From the NCBI GenBank assembly GCA_030836725.1, contig JAUPLV010000001.1, forward strand, positions 1 to 55,169: a stretch of DNA of 55,169 nucleotides, given 5' to 3'. The DNA is from Pseudomonadota bacterium. GTDB taxonomy: Bacteria > Pseudomonadota > Gammaproteobacteria > Burkholderiales > Thiobacillaceae. Below, piece by piece: positions 1 to 9,422 of the stretch (position 1 is its first letter; every line of letters starts with the position of its first letter). Below the pieces are notes generated by a model. It was given only the letters and a program-made list of their open reading frames with translations, searched no databases and was not told where the DNA came from. The translations under genes and the position numbers were made by a program.

Positions 1-408
1 GGGCTCGAAACCCGGCGCGCCGGGGTCGGGCAATTGCCAGCGCATCACCAAGTCGCGCCCGGTCGCGCCGTCGGCCAGGTCGAGGGCGATGAGATGATTG
101 CCGGAGGCGCCGTCGTGCATCGCCACCGTCCCGACGAAGCGCAGGGACTCGGCTTCGCCGGCGAAGGCAAGCTGGTCCTCCTCGTCCACCCGCCAGCGCA
201 AGGGGTAGGTTTGCTCGATGGCGCGGCGGATGAAATCGACGACGACCGCCTGCCGCGAGGAGGTCGACATGCGCTGCTCGCCCACCTCCCAGCTCCGCGT
301 TCCGAGATTCAGGCCCGCGAACAGCAGGCTCAGGATGAAGCCCACCAGGGTCATGCCGATAAGCAATTCCAGAAGGGTGAAACCTTGCGAGCGACGCATG
401 GGGTTCAT
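1..408 (-). CDS. gspJ: Type II secretion minor pseudopilin GspJ (3' end beyond window)
   Basis: Not in the ORF track; read manually. ATG at 408 overlaps the gspI stop and translates MNPMRRSQG|FTLLELLIGMTLVGFILSLLFAGL, a class III signal peptide. The frame stays open to the window edge. Confidence 0.85.
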   Translation of the reverse strand, partial: MNPMRRSQGFTLLELLIGMTLVGFILSLLFAGLNLGTRSWEVGEQRMSTSSRQAVVVDFIRRAIEQTYPLRWRVDEEDQLAFAGEAESLRFVGTVAMHDGASGNHLIALDLADGATGRDLVMRWQLPDPGAPGFEP

Positions 409-803
409 GGCCGGGGCGCCGCGCGCAAGGTGACGAAACGAAGGGTGCGCGGTTTGGTGGCGGTGTGGTCCCAGTTCACGGCGACTTCCACCTGGTACAG
501 GTCGACCGGCACGCCCGCCCCCTCCAGGGGCTGGGCGCCGGCGTCGTAACGCTGCACCGAAGTGCGCCACGTATAGCCGGGTTCCGCCCCGCCCGTGCTT
601 TCGCCCTCGGCCAGGGGCGATTCGACGCCGACGGCCGCCAGTTGCGATTCGGCGATGGCCACGGCCCGGCTATAGTTCTCCGCCGTGCCGATATTGCCGA
701 GCCCTCCGGAAAAGATGCGCATGAGCACCCCCAGCGCCAGGGCGAGGACGATGAAGGCGACCAGCACCTCCAGCAGGGAGAAGCCCCGGCAGGACCGTTT
801 CAC
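405..803 (-). CDS. gspI: Type II secretion minor pseudopilin GspI
   Basis: G|FSLLEVLVA prepilin motif, 132 aa, positioned after gspH. Confidence 0.85.
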   Translation of the reverse strand: MKRSCRGFSLLEVLVAFIVLALALGVLMRIFSGGLGNIGTAENYSRAVAIAESQLAAVGVESPLAEGESTGGAEPGYTWRTSVQRYDAGAQPLEGAGVPVDLYQVEVAVNWDHTATKPRTLRFVTLRAAPRP

Positions 804-1249
804 GGCGTATCCAGAATCTCGACCTGGCCAGTGAGCCAGTCGACATCGATGAGGTATTTGCGTTCGCCCATGGCCAGACTCACCCGGCCTCCGGTCGAAC
901 TGCCGTCGGGATAGAAGCGGATGGCGGCGGTACTGGCGTCGACGACTTCACCCTGGGATGTAAAGACGCCGATTTCCGCCTGTTGCGGCAGCTTGCGGGA
1001 CTTGCCGTCTCCGCTCAGCAGGAAACTGCGCGCCTCGACATCCAGGGTCAGGGTCGCCTCGGCCCGGCTGACGATGGCCTGGGAACGCGCTTTGCGCAGG
1101 CCGGCCGCCACCTGGCGGGCGCCCGCCTTGAGTTCGGCCGTCGAACCGCCGACGGCGAACATCGGCGGGATCAGGGCGTAGGTCAGCGCCAGCAGCGCCA
1201 GCACGACCAGCAGTTCCAGCAGGGTGAAGCCGGTTTGACGGGCTGTCAC
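800..1249 (-). CDS. gspH: Type II secretion minor pseudopilin GspH/FimT family
   Basis: Likely GTG start at 1249 overlapping the gspG stop. Has G|FTLLELLVVL and a C-terminal IRFYPDGSSTGG motif. Confidence 0.85.
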   Translation of the reverse strand: MTARQTGFTLLELLVVLALLALTYALIPPMFAVGGSTAELKAGARQVAAGLRKARSQAIVSRAEATLTLDVEARSFLLSGDGKSRKLPQQAEIGVFTSQGEVVDASTAAIRFYPDGSSTGGRVSLAMGERKYLIDVDWLTGQVEILDTP

Positions 1250-1677
1250 CAACTCACGATATCCCTGTCCTCGCCCTCGCCGCCCTCGCGCCCGTCGGCG
1301 CCGAGGCTGGAGAGATCGAAGGCGCCATGCTGGCCCGGGGATGCATAGATGTAGTCGGCGCCCCACGGGTCCTTGGGAACGGTCTTTTTCTTCAGGTAAG
1401 GGCCATTCCAGTTGGTCGCCCCGCCAGGCGCCTCGACCAGGGCCTGCAGGCCTTCCTGGGAGTTGGGATGACGCCCGACCTCAAGCTTGTACATGTCGAG
1501 CGCCGCCCCGAATTCCTCGACCTGGAGCTGGGCCGTGTCGGACTTGGCGCTGGAGACGTATTTCATCACGCGCGGCCCCGCCAGCGCCGCGAGCATGCCG
1601 AGGATAACCAGAACCACCAGCAGTTCGAGCAGGGTGAAGCCGCGCTGCGCCCTCGCCAATTTGAATTTGACCGACAT
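1246..1677 (-). CDS. gspG: Type II secretion major pseudopilin GspG
   Basis: QRG|FTLLELLVVL, WNGPYL, DPWG and SLGADGREGGEGEDRDI motifs typical of GspG. Confidence 0.95.
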   Translation of the reverse strand: MSVKFKLARAQRGFTLLELLVVLVILGMLAALAGPRVMKYVSSAKSDTAQLQVEEFGAALDMYKLEVGRHPNSQEGLQALVEAPGGATNWNGPYLKKKTVPKDPWGADYIYASPGQHGAFDLSSLGADGREGGEGEDRDIVSW

Positions 1678-1822
1678 TTGTAACTCCTTTGCAAAATTTT
1701 ATTTTGATGCCGGGACAAAGCCCGGCATCAACGTCCGGCCGCTCGAAAAATACCCCGAGGCGCCATCCATTTCGTGGCCATTCGCCGTCGCACCCTGCAG
1801 CGCTTCTTCGGCGCATCACCTG

Positions 1823-3037
1823 TCATACCGCCAGTTCGTTGACGCTCAGTATGGCCACCAGAATGGACATGATGATGGCGCCGATGAGCAGCCCCAGGCC
1901 CAGGATCAACGCGGGCTCGAGCAGGCCAAGGGTGCGTTTGACCGCGGTTTTCACTTCCCGGTCGAAAACGTCGGCGACCTGGATGAGCATTTCGGACAGC
2001 CGCCCGGTTTCCTCGCCGACCATGACCATGTGCACGCCCAGCCTTGGAAAGACCTCGGCCTCCATGAGCGGCACGCCAAGGCCCTTGCCTTCGCGCAGCT
2101 TGGTCGCCACTTCGTCGAGGCGGTCGGCCATGACGCTGTTGGTCAGGGTTTCCTTGACGATGGACAGGGCCGCCAGCAAAGACACGCCATTGTCGAGCAA
2201 GGTTCCCAGGGTGCGGGAAAAACGGGCCATCTCGATCTTGGCCACCAGGTCGCCGACCAGGGGCAGGGCGAGAAAGCGCTCGTCCCAGCGGTAACGGCTG
2301 TCGGGGTCGGCCATCTGGCGTTTGAACACGGCATAGAGGACCAGGCTGCCGCCAGTCAGCGCCCACCACCAGGCCTGGAAGAATTCGCCTGCGGCGACGA
2401 CGATCCGCGTCGCCAGGGGCAGGGCCTTGCCTGATTCCTCGAACATCTGGGTGAACTGCGGCACGACGAAAATCAGCAGCACGACGACCGAAACCACCGC
2501 CACCATGACCAGGATGGCGGGGTAGATCAGCGCGGACTTGACGGTTTCCCTGAGATCCTTGGATCGCTCCATGAACTCGGTCAGCCGGGCCATGACGACT
2601 TCCAGCGCGCCGCCCGCCTCGCCGGCGCGGATCATGTTCAGATAAAAGCGGGAGAAGACGCCCTTCTGGGCTTCCAGCGCGGCATACAGGGAGGCGCCGC
2701 CGCGCACGTCCTGACGCACCTCGTTCAGGATTTCGGCGACTTCATCCTTGTCCGCGAGATTGACCACGATTTCCAGGGCGCGGTCGAGCGGCAGGCCGGC
2801 GCGCAGCAGCGTCGCGATCTCGCGCGTCATCATGGCGATTTCGTCCTGGCTCACCCGCGCGCGTCCGAATCCGCCCAGCCAGCCGCCGCCGTTGCCCGCC
2901 GTCGCCTCTTCGACCTGGATCGGGATGAAGCCCTGGGCCTGAAGGTGATCGGCCACCGAATCGGGCGTGCGCGCCTCCATTTCGCCTTCGAGGATGCCGC
3001 CTTGCGCGTCCGCCGCCTTGTACTGGAACAGCGGCAT
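1823..3037 (-). CDS. gspF: Type II secretion inner-membrane platform protein GspF
   Basis: 404 aa with two T2SSF repeats (AGEAGG...ALIYP; GEETG...LLEP) and three TM segments. Confidence 0.93.
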   Translation of the reverse strand: MPLFQYKAADAQGGILEGEMEARTPDSVADHLQAQGFIPIQVEEATAGNGGGWLGGFGRARVSQDEIAMMTREIATLLRAGLPLDRALEIVVNLADKDEVAEILNEVRQDVRGGASLYAALEAQKGVFSRFYLNMIRAGEAGGALEVVMARLTEFMERSKDLRETVKSALIYPAILVMVAVVSVVVLLIFVVPQFTQMFEESGKALPLATRIVVAAGEFFQAWWWALTGGSLVLYAVFKRQMADPDSRYRWDERFLALPLVGDLVAKIEMARFSRTLGTLLDNGVSLLAALSIVKETLTNSVMADRLDEVATKLREGKGLGVPLMEAEVFPRLGVHMVMVGEETGRLSEMLIQVADVFDREVKTAVKRTLGLLEPALILGLGLLIGAIIMSILVAILSVNELAV

Positions 3038-3038
3038 C

Positions 3039-4733
3039 TCAGTCTTCCCGGGTCACGCGCAGCACTTCGTCGAGGGTGATGATCCCGGCGAGAACCTTGC
3101 GCAGGCCGTCCTCGTACAGGGTCTGCATGCCCTCCGCGATGGCCTGCCGGCGAATCTCCCCGGATACGGCATGGCGCATGACCAGGCTGCGGATCGTGTC
3201 GGTCATCGGCAGCATTTCCATGATGCCGAGCCGGCCGATGTACCCGGTGCCGCCGCACACCTCGCAACCCACGGGCCGATACAGCACGATGGGGGCATCG
3301 CCCGCATACCGCTTCAGCTCGAACTCCTCCACGACCTCGGGCAGGGGTTGATACGGCTCGCGACAGGCCGTGCAAAGCGAACGCACCAGGCGCTGGGCCA
3401 GGATGCCATTCACGGTGGACGTCAGCAGGTAGTCTTCCACCCCCATGTCGAGCAGGCGGTTGACCGTGCTGGGCGCATCGTTGGTGTGCAGCGTGGAAAT
3501 CACCATGTGTCCGGTAAGCGCCGACTGCACCGCGATCTGGGCCGTCTCCAGGTCGCGGATCTCGCCGATCATGATGACGTCGGGATCCTGCCGCACGATG
3601 GAGCGTAGCGCGTTGGCGAAGGTCAGCCCGATCTGCGGCTTGACCTGGATCTGGTTGACGCCCTCCATCTGGTATTCCACCGGATCTTCCACGGTGAGTA
3701 TCTTGACGTCCGGCTTGTTCAGCAACTGCAGCGCGGTATAGAGCGTGGTGGTCTTGCCGCTGCCGGTGGGGCCGGTGACCAGCACGATTCCGTGCGGCTG
3801 GGTCAGCGCATCGAGAAACAACTTGAGCGTCGCCGGATCGAAACCGAGGGTATCGAAATTGAGCGGCACGCCGCCCTTGTCCAGCACCCGCATGACCACG
3901 CTTTCGCCATGCATGGTCGGGACGGTGGAAACGCGCAGGTCGATTTCCTTGTTCCTGGCTTTCAGCTTGATACGGCCGTCCTGAGGCAGGCGGCGCTCGG
4001 CGATGTCGAGATTGGCCATGATCTTGATGCGCGAGATCACCGCCGCGGACAGCCGGCGCGGCGGCGATTCCACCTCCTGCATCACGCCATCCACCCGGAA
4101 GCGCACGATCAGGCTGTTTTCGAACGGCTCGATATGGATGTCCGAGGCGCGCGCATCCAGGGCGCGCTCCATGATCAGGCTGACGACGCGAATGACCGGC
4201 GCCTCGCTGGCCAGGTCCTTCAGATGCTGGACGTCGCTGCTCTCTTCCAGTTCGACCGGCCCTTCGGCCTCGCCGACAATCTGTCCGATGCTGCCGCGAC
4301 CCGCGACGTAGAGCCGCTCATACGCAGCCTCGATATCGCCCGGCAGGCCGAGCAGAACGTCAACCTCCAGCCCGGTCGCCAGGCGGAAGGCGTCGATGAC
4401 ATAGCGATCGAGCGGGTCGGCCATCGCCAGCACCAGGCGATCGGCTTTCTCGCGCACGGGCAGGGCGCGGGCCTCCTCAAGGAACCGGGTCGACACCCGA
4501 TCCTCGAATATCGGCAAGGCGGGGTAATCCTCGGCCGTGGCCAGGGGGATGCCAAGCTGATCCGACAGCGCCCGGTAAAAGCCCGCTTCGGCGACCCAGC
4601 CCTGCCCGATCAGGATTGCGCCGAGCCGCTCGGAACCGCCCCCGTCCTGCTGCAGCTTCAGCGCCGCCAGCAAGTTCGTGCGTTCCAGCGCCCCCTGCGC
4701 GACCAGGATTTCACCGATGAGTTTTTTTGACAA
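3039..4733 (-). CDS. gspE: Type II secretion ATPase GspE with N-terminal MshEN-like domain
   Basis: ASDIHIEP, Walker A GPTGSGKTT, TVEDPVEY, RQDPDVIMIGEIRD, His box, tetracysteine CTAC...CEVC. TTG start. Confidence 0.95.
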   Translation of the reverse strand: MSKKLIGEILVAQGALERTNLLAALKLQQDGGGSERLGAILIGQGWVAEAGFYRALSDQLGIPLATAEDYPALPIFEDRVSTRFLEEARALPVREKADRLVLAMADPLDRYVIDAFRLATGLEVDVLLGLPGDIEAAYERLYVAGRGSIGQIVGEAEGPVELEESSDVQHLKDLASEAPVIRVVSLIMERALDARASDIHIEPFENSLIVRFRVDGVMQEVESPPRRLSAAVISRIKIMANLDIAERRLPQDGRIKLKARNKEIDLRVSTVPTMHGESVVMRVLDKGGVPLNFDTLGFDPATLKLFLDALTQPHGIVLVTGPTGSGKTTTLYTALQLLNKPDVKILTVEDPVEYQMEGVNQIQVKPQIGLTFANALRSIVRQDPDVIMIGEIRDLETAQIAVQSALTGHMVISTLHTNDAPSTVNRLLDMGVEDYLLTSTVNGILAQRLVRSLCTACREPYQPLPEVVEEFELKRYAGDAPIVLYRPVGCEVCGGTGYIGRLGIMEMLPMTDTIRSLVMRHAVSGEIRRQAIAEGMQTLYEDGLRKVLAGIITLDEVLRVTRED

Positions 4734-4991
4734 AACAGGCTTCCCAACAATCAGAACGCGTCATTATATTTAAATTGCCCACAAAAAACGGGCGGGCATC
4801 TCGAACATGGCGTCTTTGACCGCTCGCCCCCGATGCCCCAAAATGCCCGCCGGAATGGCTGCCGGATCCGGTCCGCCCGCCTCTTGTCCGAAAAACCGAT
4901 GTGGGCGCGCCACCTCGCAACTTCGCTTCGATCATGGCAAGACGGCACGGGTTCCGTCCAAGGCGCTTTATAAAATCCAGAGGGTGTTGCT

Positions 4992-5894
4992 GTGGTAGTC
5001 GGTATTTTAGTGACGTACGAGCCTGACCTGGCAATGCTGGATGCGCTGTTGCGCGCCCTCAGGCCACAACTCGCCAAAGTCGTGATCGTCGACAACGGAT
5101 CGGCCCTTGACGTCGAGAAAAGCCTGAACCCTGGCCTGCTGTCCGACCTCGATGCGCAGGTGGTTCGGCTGCCCGCGAACCGTGGCGTTGCGGCCGCCCA
5201 GAACGTGGGAATCGAGATTGCCCGTCAAGCCGGAGCCCATTTCGTCATTCTGTTCGACCAGGACAGCGAGCCCGCTGCGGACATGGTTCAAAAACTTCTC
5301 GATGCAGCAACCGCGAAGGCGTTGTCGGGCGTTGCGATCGCGGCGGTAGGCCCGCGTTATACCGATGAGCGTCAGGACAATCCGCCGCCGTTCATCAGGA
5401 TCCGGGGCATATCGGTCGAGAGGCAAGCTTGCGACAACGGCGGTTCGGTCGTCGAGGTCGACTACCTGATCGCCTCCGGCAGTCTGATCCCGATGTCGAC
5501 GCTCGACGCGATCGGCCCGATGCGCGAAGACTTTTTCATCGACTACGTCGATATCGAATGGGGGTTGCGCGCCAGGAAGGCCGGTTTTCTATCGTTCGGA
5601 GTCTGCGCCGCCGCGATGCGCCACGATCTTGGCGATGCGCCGATCAAGCTCTTCGGGCGCATGATTCCGCTTCACAGCCCGCTGCGCCACTACTATCACT
5701 TCCGCAATGCCGTCCGCCTTTACCGCGAGCCCGCCCTGCCCTGGAACTGGAAGATTGCCGACGGCTGGCGTCTGCTGCTTAAATATTTCGCCTATTCCCT
5801 GTTCGCAAAACCCAGGCTCGAGCACTGGCGGATGATGTCCAGGGGCATCGTCGATGGCCTGACGGGACGCATGGGGAAGTATGACAGGAACTGA
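4992..5894 (+). CDS. GT2 glycosyltransferase, rhamnosyltransferase (RfbF/RhlC-like)
   Basis: IVDNGS, NRGVAAAQNVG, FDQDS, IASGSL, FFIDYVDIEW, SPLRHYYHFRN motifs. Confidence 0.85.
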   Translation: MVVGILVTYEPDLAMLDALLRALRPQLAKVVIVDNGSALDVEKSLNPGLLSDLDAQVVRLPANRGVAAAQNVGIEIARQAGAHFVILFDQDSEPAADMVQKLLDAATAKALSGVAIAAVGPRYTDERQDNPPPFIRIRGISVERQACDNGGSVVEVDYLIASGSLIPMSTLDAIGPMREDFFIDYVDIEWGLRARKAGFLSFGVCAAAMRHDLGDAPIKLFGRMIPLHSPLRHYYHFRNAVRLYREPALPWNWKIADGWRLLLKYFAYSLFAKPRLEHWRMMSRGIVDGLTGRMGKYDRN

Positions 5895-5947
5895 AATCGC
5901 TCACTGCCGGAACACCGCTTAGTCATTCACCCTTTGCCATATCGGCC

Positions 5948-6895
5948 ATGAGCGCTGCTCGGCCAGAAGCCATCCAGGACCATCCATTGGACTCTGTTTT
6001 ACAAGCCGTTTCAGTGATCATCGTCAACCACAACGCCGGAGAACTGCTGGCCGAGTGCGTAGGCACCGCCTTGGCGCAAGCCGGGCAGGTGATCGTCGTC
6101 GACAACGACTCGTCCGATTCGAGCATGGATCGGCTGGCGAGCCGGTTTGCCGAAGAGCCGCGCCTGACGATGCTTTGTGAAGATAAAAACCTGGGGTTCG
6201 CCGCGGGGTGCAATCTCGGGCTGGGTCTCGCAACCCAGTCCCATGTGTTATTTCTCAATCCGGACTGCATTCTCGCCGCGGGATCGTTGCGGCGCATGGT
6301 CGAGGTGCTGGAAAGCGATCCCCGCGCGGGCATGGTCGGCGGGCTGTTGACCAACCTGGACGGCAGCGAGCAGGGCGGTGGGCGGCGGGCCATGCCCACT
6401 CCGTGGCGCTCGTTTCTGCGGGCTTTCGGCCTGTCCCGCCTGGGCCGCCGTTGGCCCGGTCTTTTCCACGACTTTCATTTGCACAATCAGCCGCTGCCGG
6501 ATGCGCCCATCGCCGTGGAAGCGATCTCCGGCGCGCTGATGCTGGTGCGCCGGGCGGCGCTCGTCGATGTGGGACCCTGGGATGAGGCCTATTTCCTGCA
6601 TTGCGAGGATCTGGACTGGTGCATGCGCTTTCGCCAGCACGGCTGGAAAATTCTGTTCGTTCCCGATGCGCCGGTGGTTCACCATCACGGCCATTGCAGC
6701 CGCGCCCGGCCCATCTTCGTCGAATGGCACAAGCACAGGGGGATGGTGCGGTTTTACCAAAAATTCTACCGGCATCAATACCCCGGATTGCTGATGTGGC
6801 TGGTCAAGGCAGGCGTCTGGTTTCGCTTTGGCCTGATTTCGGCTTATCACTCGCTTCGGCTGGTGTTGAAGCGGCTAGGGGGTCGAGGTGGATGA
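5948..6895 (+). CDS. GT2 glycosyltransferase (WbbL-like)
   Basis: VSVIIVNHN, VVDNDS, NLGFAAGCN, FLNPD, DEAYFLHCEDLDWC. Start codon uncertain. Confidence 0.85.
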   Translation: MSAARPEAIQDHPLDSVLQAVSVIIVNHNAGELLAECVGTALAQAGQVIVVDNDSSDSSMDRLASRFAEEPRLTMLCEDKNLGFAAGCNLGLGLATQSHVLFLNPDCILAAGSLRRMVEVLESDPRAGMVGGLLTNLDGSEQGGGRRAMPTPWRSFLRAFGLSRLGRRWPGLFHDFHLHNQPLPDAPIAVEAISGALMLVRRAALVDVGPWDEAYFLHCEDLDWCMRFRQHGWKILFVPDAPVVHHHGHCSRARPIFVEWHKHRGMVRFYQKFYRHQYPGLLMWLVKAGVWFRFGLISAYHSLRLVLKRLGGRGG

Positions 6896-7766
6896 GAAAC
6901 CCGGCACCGGCCTCCTCGGCGCAACCAGTCTGGTCGGCGAATGCGTCATCCCGCTCCTGATTGAAGACGGCCGCCGGGTATTCGCATACTCCAGGACTGC
7001 GTCTGGCCGCGCAACCGAAGCGGGCCTGACCTGGCTGCGGCCTGGCGAACCATTCCCCCCCCATGCCGAAGCCGCCGCAATCGGCGACTGGCTGTGCGTG
7101 GCCCCCATCTGGACACTGCCCGAATATTTCTCGATGCTGGAGCGTCACGGTGCCCGTCGCGTCGTCGCGCTTTCATCGACCAGCCGGTTTTCCAAGATCA
7201 ATTCTTCCGATGCGGCTGAAAACGCCACGGCTTCACGCTTGGCCGAAAGCGAGGCATCTCTTCAAGAATGGGCTGAAAGCAAGGGCATCGAATGGGTCAT
7301 CCTGAGGCCCACATTGATATACGGCCGCGGACGGGACAAGAACATCGCGGAAATCGCCCGGTTCGTGAAACGATTCGGATTTTTCCCGTTGCTGGGCAAG
7401 GCGGAAGGAAGGCGACAGCCCATTCACGCCGAAGATGTGGCTGCCGCGTGCGCCTCGGCATTGCGGGTCGCCCGTGCGGCGAATCGCGCCTACGACATTT
7501 CGGGCGGGGAGACGCTGTCCTACAGGGAAATGGTGATGCGCGTGTTCTCGTCCCTGAGACGCCCATCCAGGACGGTGACGATCCCCCTGGCCATTTTCCG
7601 CATGGCGGCGGCCTACCTGCGCCTGTTCCCCCGATACCGGAACTGGTCGGCCGCCATGGCCGAACGGATGAATGTGGATCTGGCGTTCGATCACGCGGAT
7701 GCGGCCCGCGAACTGGGATTTTCGCCCCGGCCGTTCCGGCTCGCGCCGGACGATTTGCCCGAATAA
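6888..7766 (+). CDS. NAD-dependent epimerase/dehydratase family protein (atypical SDR)
   Basis: GATSLVG glycine-rich start, ILRPTLIYG, QPIHAEDVA, YDISGGE. Overlaps the upstream GT stop. Confidence 0.75.
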   Translation: MDEKPGTGLLGATSLVGECVIPLLIEDGRRVFAYSRTASGRATEAGLTWLRPGEPFPPHAEAAAIGDWLCVAPIWTLPEYFSMLERHGARRVVALSSTSRFSKINSSDAAENATASRLAESEASLQEWAESKGIEWVILRPTLIYGRGRDKNIAEIARFVKRFGFFPLLGKAEGRRQPIHAEDVAAACASALRVARAANRAYDISGGETLSYREMVMRVFSSLRRPSRTVTIPLAIFRMAAAYLRLFPRYRNWSAAMAERMNVDLAFDHADAARELGFSPRPFRLAPDDLPE

Positions 7767-8122
7767 AATATGGCGCAAAAATCGGCTGCCCTGGCTCCCG
7801 GAAACCCCATGCCATTCGTCGGCGGAGTCCTATTCCCATGCCTGCCCAATGGCTTAAACGATCAAGGCGTTTCTCATATGGTGATAAAAACGGATTGACC
7901 TTGGTCTTGGTCTAGGCACTGGACTAGGCCATGTTCTTGTTTGAATCCGGCGTCAAACAACCCCACAATGATGGTATGGTTTATGAAGTTCACCCGCTTT
8001 TGCAATCTGCAAGCCTGTTTTTGTGGAGTTGGCCGCCCTGGCCGTACACAACGGCCCGGTCAGTTCAAGACCAGCGGAAGCCGGGCATCAACGTAACCGC
8101 TACTGGATATAAGGAGAAGACA

Positions 8123-8581
8123 ATGCCGATCGCATGGACTCAAGACTTGAACACTGGAATTGAAGTAATCGACGAACAGCATAAAAGTATCGTCGACTAC
8201 ATCAATCAGCTGGAGGAAGCCATCAAACTGCACGAGCGGTCCTTTGTCACGCATGTGCTCAACGAACTGGTCGACTATACCCTGTCGCACTTCGCCTTCG
8301 AGGAAAGCCTGCAGGAGGAAGCCGGGTATAAATTCGCAAAACCCCACAAGGCCGTCCATGATGTGTTTACCAAGCGCGTCGCTGCGTATCTACAGCGACA
8401 CAAGGACGGCGAAGAAGTCGCGGACCAGGTCCACGTCATGCTCTGCACATGGCTGGTGCACCATATCAAGCGTGATGACATGGCCTATGTTTCCGAGGTG
8501 AAGGCCAGCATGACCAATATCGTCAAGGACAAGAACAAGAAAGGCTGGCTAAGCGCCTCTCTCGGGCGCTTTTTCAAGTAA
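8123..8581 (+). CDS. Single-domain bacteriohemerythrin
   Basis: AAGGAG RBS then ATG 8123 (MPIAWTQDLNTGIEVIDEQH). Di-iron ligand pattern H, HxxxE (HFAFE), HxxxH (HKAVH), HxxxxD (HIKRDD). Confidence 0.92.
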   Translation: MPIAWTQDLNTGIEVIDEQHKSIVDYINQLEEAIKLHERSFVTHVLNELVDYTLSHFAFEESLQEEAGYKFAKPHKAVHDVFTKRVAAYLQRHKDGEEVADQVHVMLCTWLVHHIKRDDMAYVSEVKASMTNIVKDKNKKGWLSASLGRFFK

Positions 8582-8858
8582 ACGCGCCGTTCCAGTGCGT
8601 CGATACGCGACACCCCTTATCGCCCTGCAACGGTGAGGGCCGCGCATCACCTGCTTCACAAGGCATCAGCCTGGCACGCCGGGTAGGCGCCGCCTGCCGG
8701 TGCGGGCCGGAGGGCGCGGGGCAAGCGCCCCCGTGAAGCGACAGGCGAGGTCTCCGAGACCGGCGCCATCGCCCAGTCTGATTGCTTCTCGCCACGGAAT
8801 GACCATGCGCAACCGCCCCTGATTTCTGGAATCCGGGCCGCCCCGGTAAAATCCGGGA

Positions 8859-9416
8859 ATGATCGTCTATCTCCACGGCTTCAATTCCTCCCCCGCGTCC
8901 GGCAAGGCCAGACAACTCGGCGAGCACATGGCCAGCATTGGCCGCCTGGCGGAATACGTGTGCCCGGCGCTGCCCAACAGCCCGCGCGAGGCCATCGCCC
9001 GCATCGAGGCCGAACTGGCGTCGCGCGGCCCTGAATCGGTCACTCTGATCGGTAGTTCGCTGGGGGGCTTCTACGCCGTCCACCTCGCGGAAAAGCACGG
9101 CTGCAAAGCGGTGCTGGTGAATCCGGCGGTGCATGCCAACCGGCTGCTGCGCGATGCCATCGGCCCGCAGACCAACTGGCACACCGGAGAGAAGTGGGTG
9201 TTTACCGAGGCGCATCTGGACGAGCTCGATGCGCTGGACGTGGCCGCGATCAGCCGCCCCGAACGTTATCTTTTAGTGGCGCAGACCGGCGACGAAGTGC
9301 TCGATTACCGCGATGCGGTGGCCTACTATGCGGGGGCCAGGCAAATTATCGAAGAAGGCGGCGACCACGGCTTTGCCGGGTTCGAGCGCCACTACCAAAC
9401 CATTCTGGATTTCTGA
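8859..9416 (+). CDS. yqiA: YqiA/YcfP family esterase
   Basis: YLHGFNSSP, GSSLGG nucleophile elbow, DEVLD, GGDH. Confidence 0.9.
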   Translation: MIVYLHGFNSSPASGKARQLGEHMASIGRLAEYVCPALPNSPREAIARIEAELASRGPESVTLIGSSLGGFYAVHLAEKHGCKAVLVNPAVHANRLLRDAIGPQTNWHTGEKWVFTEAHLDELDALDVAAISRPERYLLVAQTGDEVLDYRDAVAYYAGARQIIEEGGDHGFAGFERHYQTILDF

Positions 9417-9422
9417 TTTTTC

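Noticed and set aside
7850-7960. FNR/Anr box upstream of hemerythrin
   Set aside because: The best candidates (TTGAC-CTTG-GTCTT; TTGAA-N6-GTCAA) have a poor half-site or the wrong spacing.
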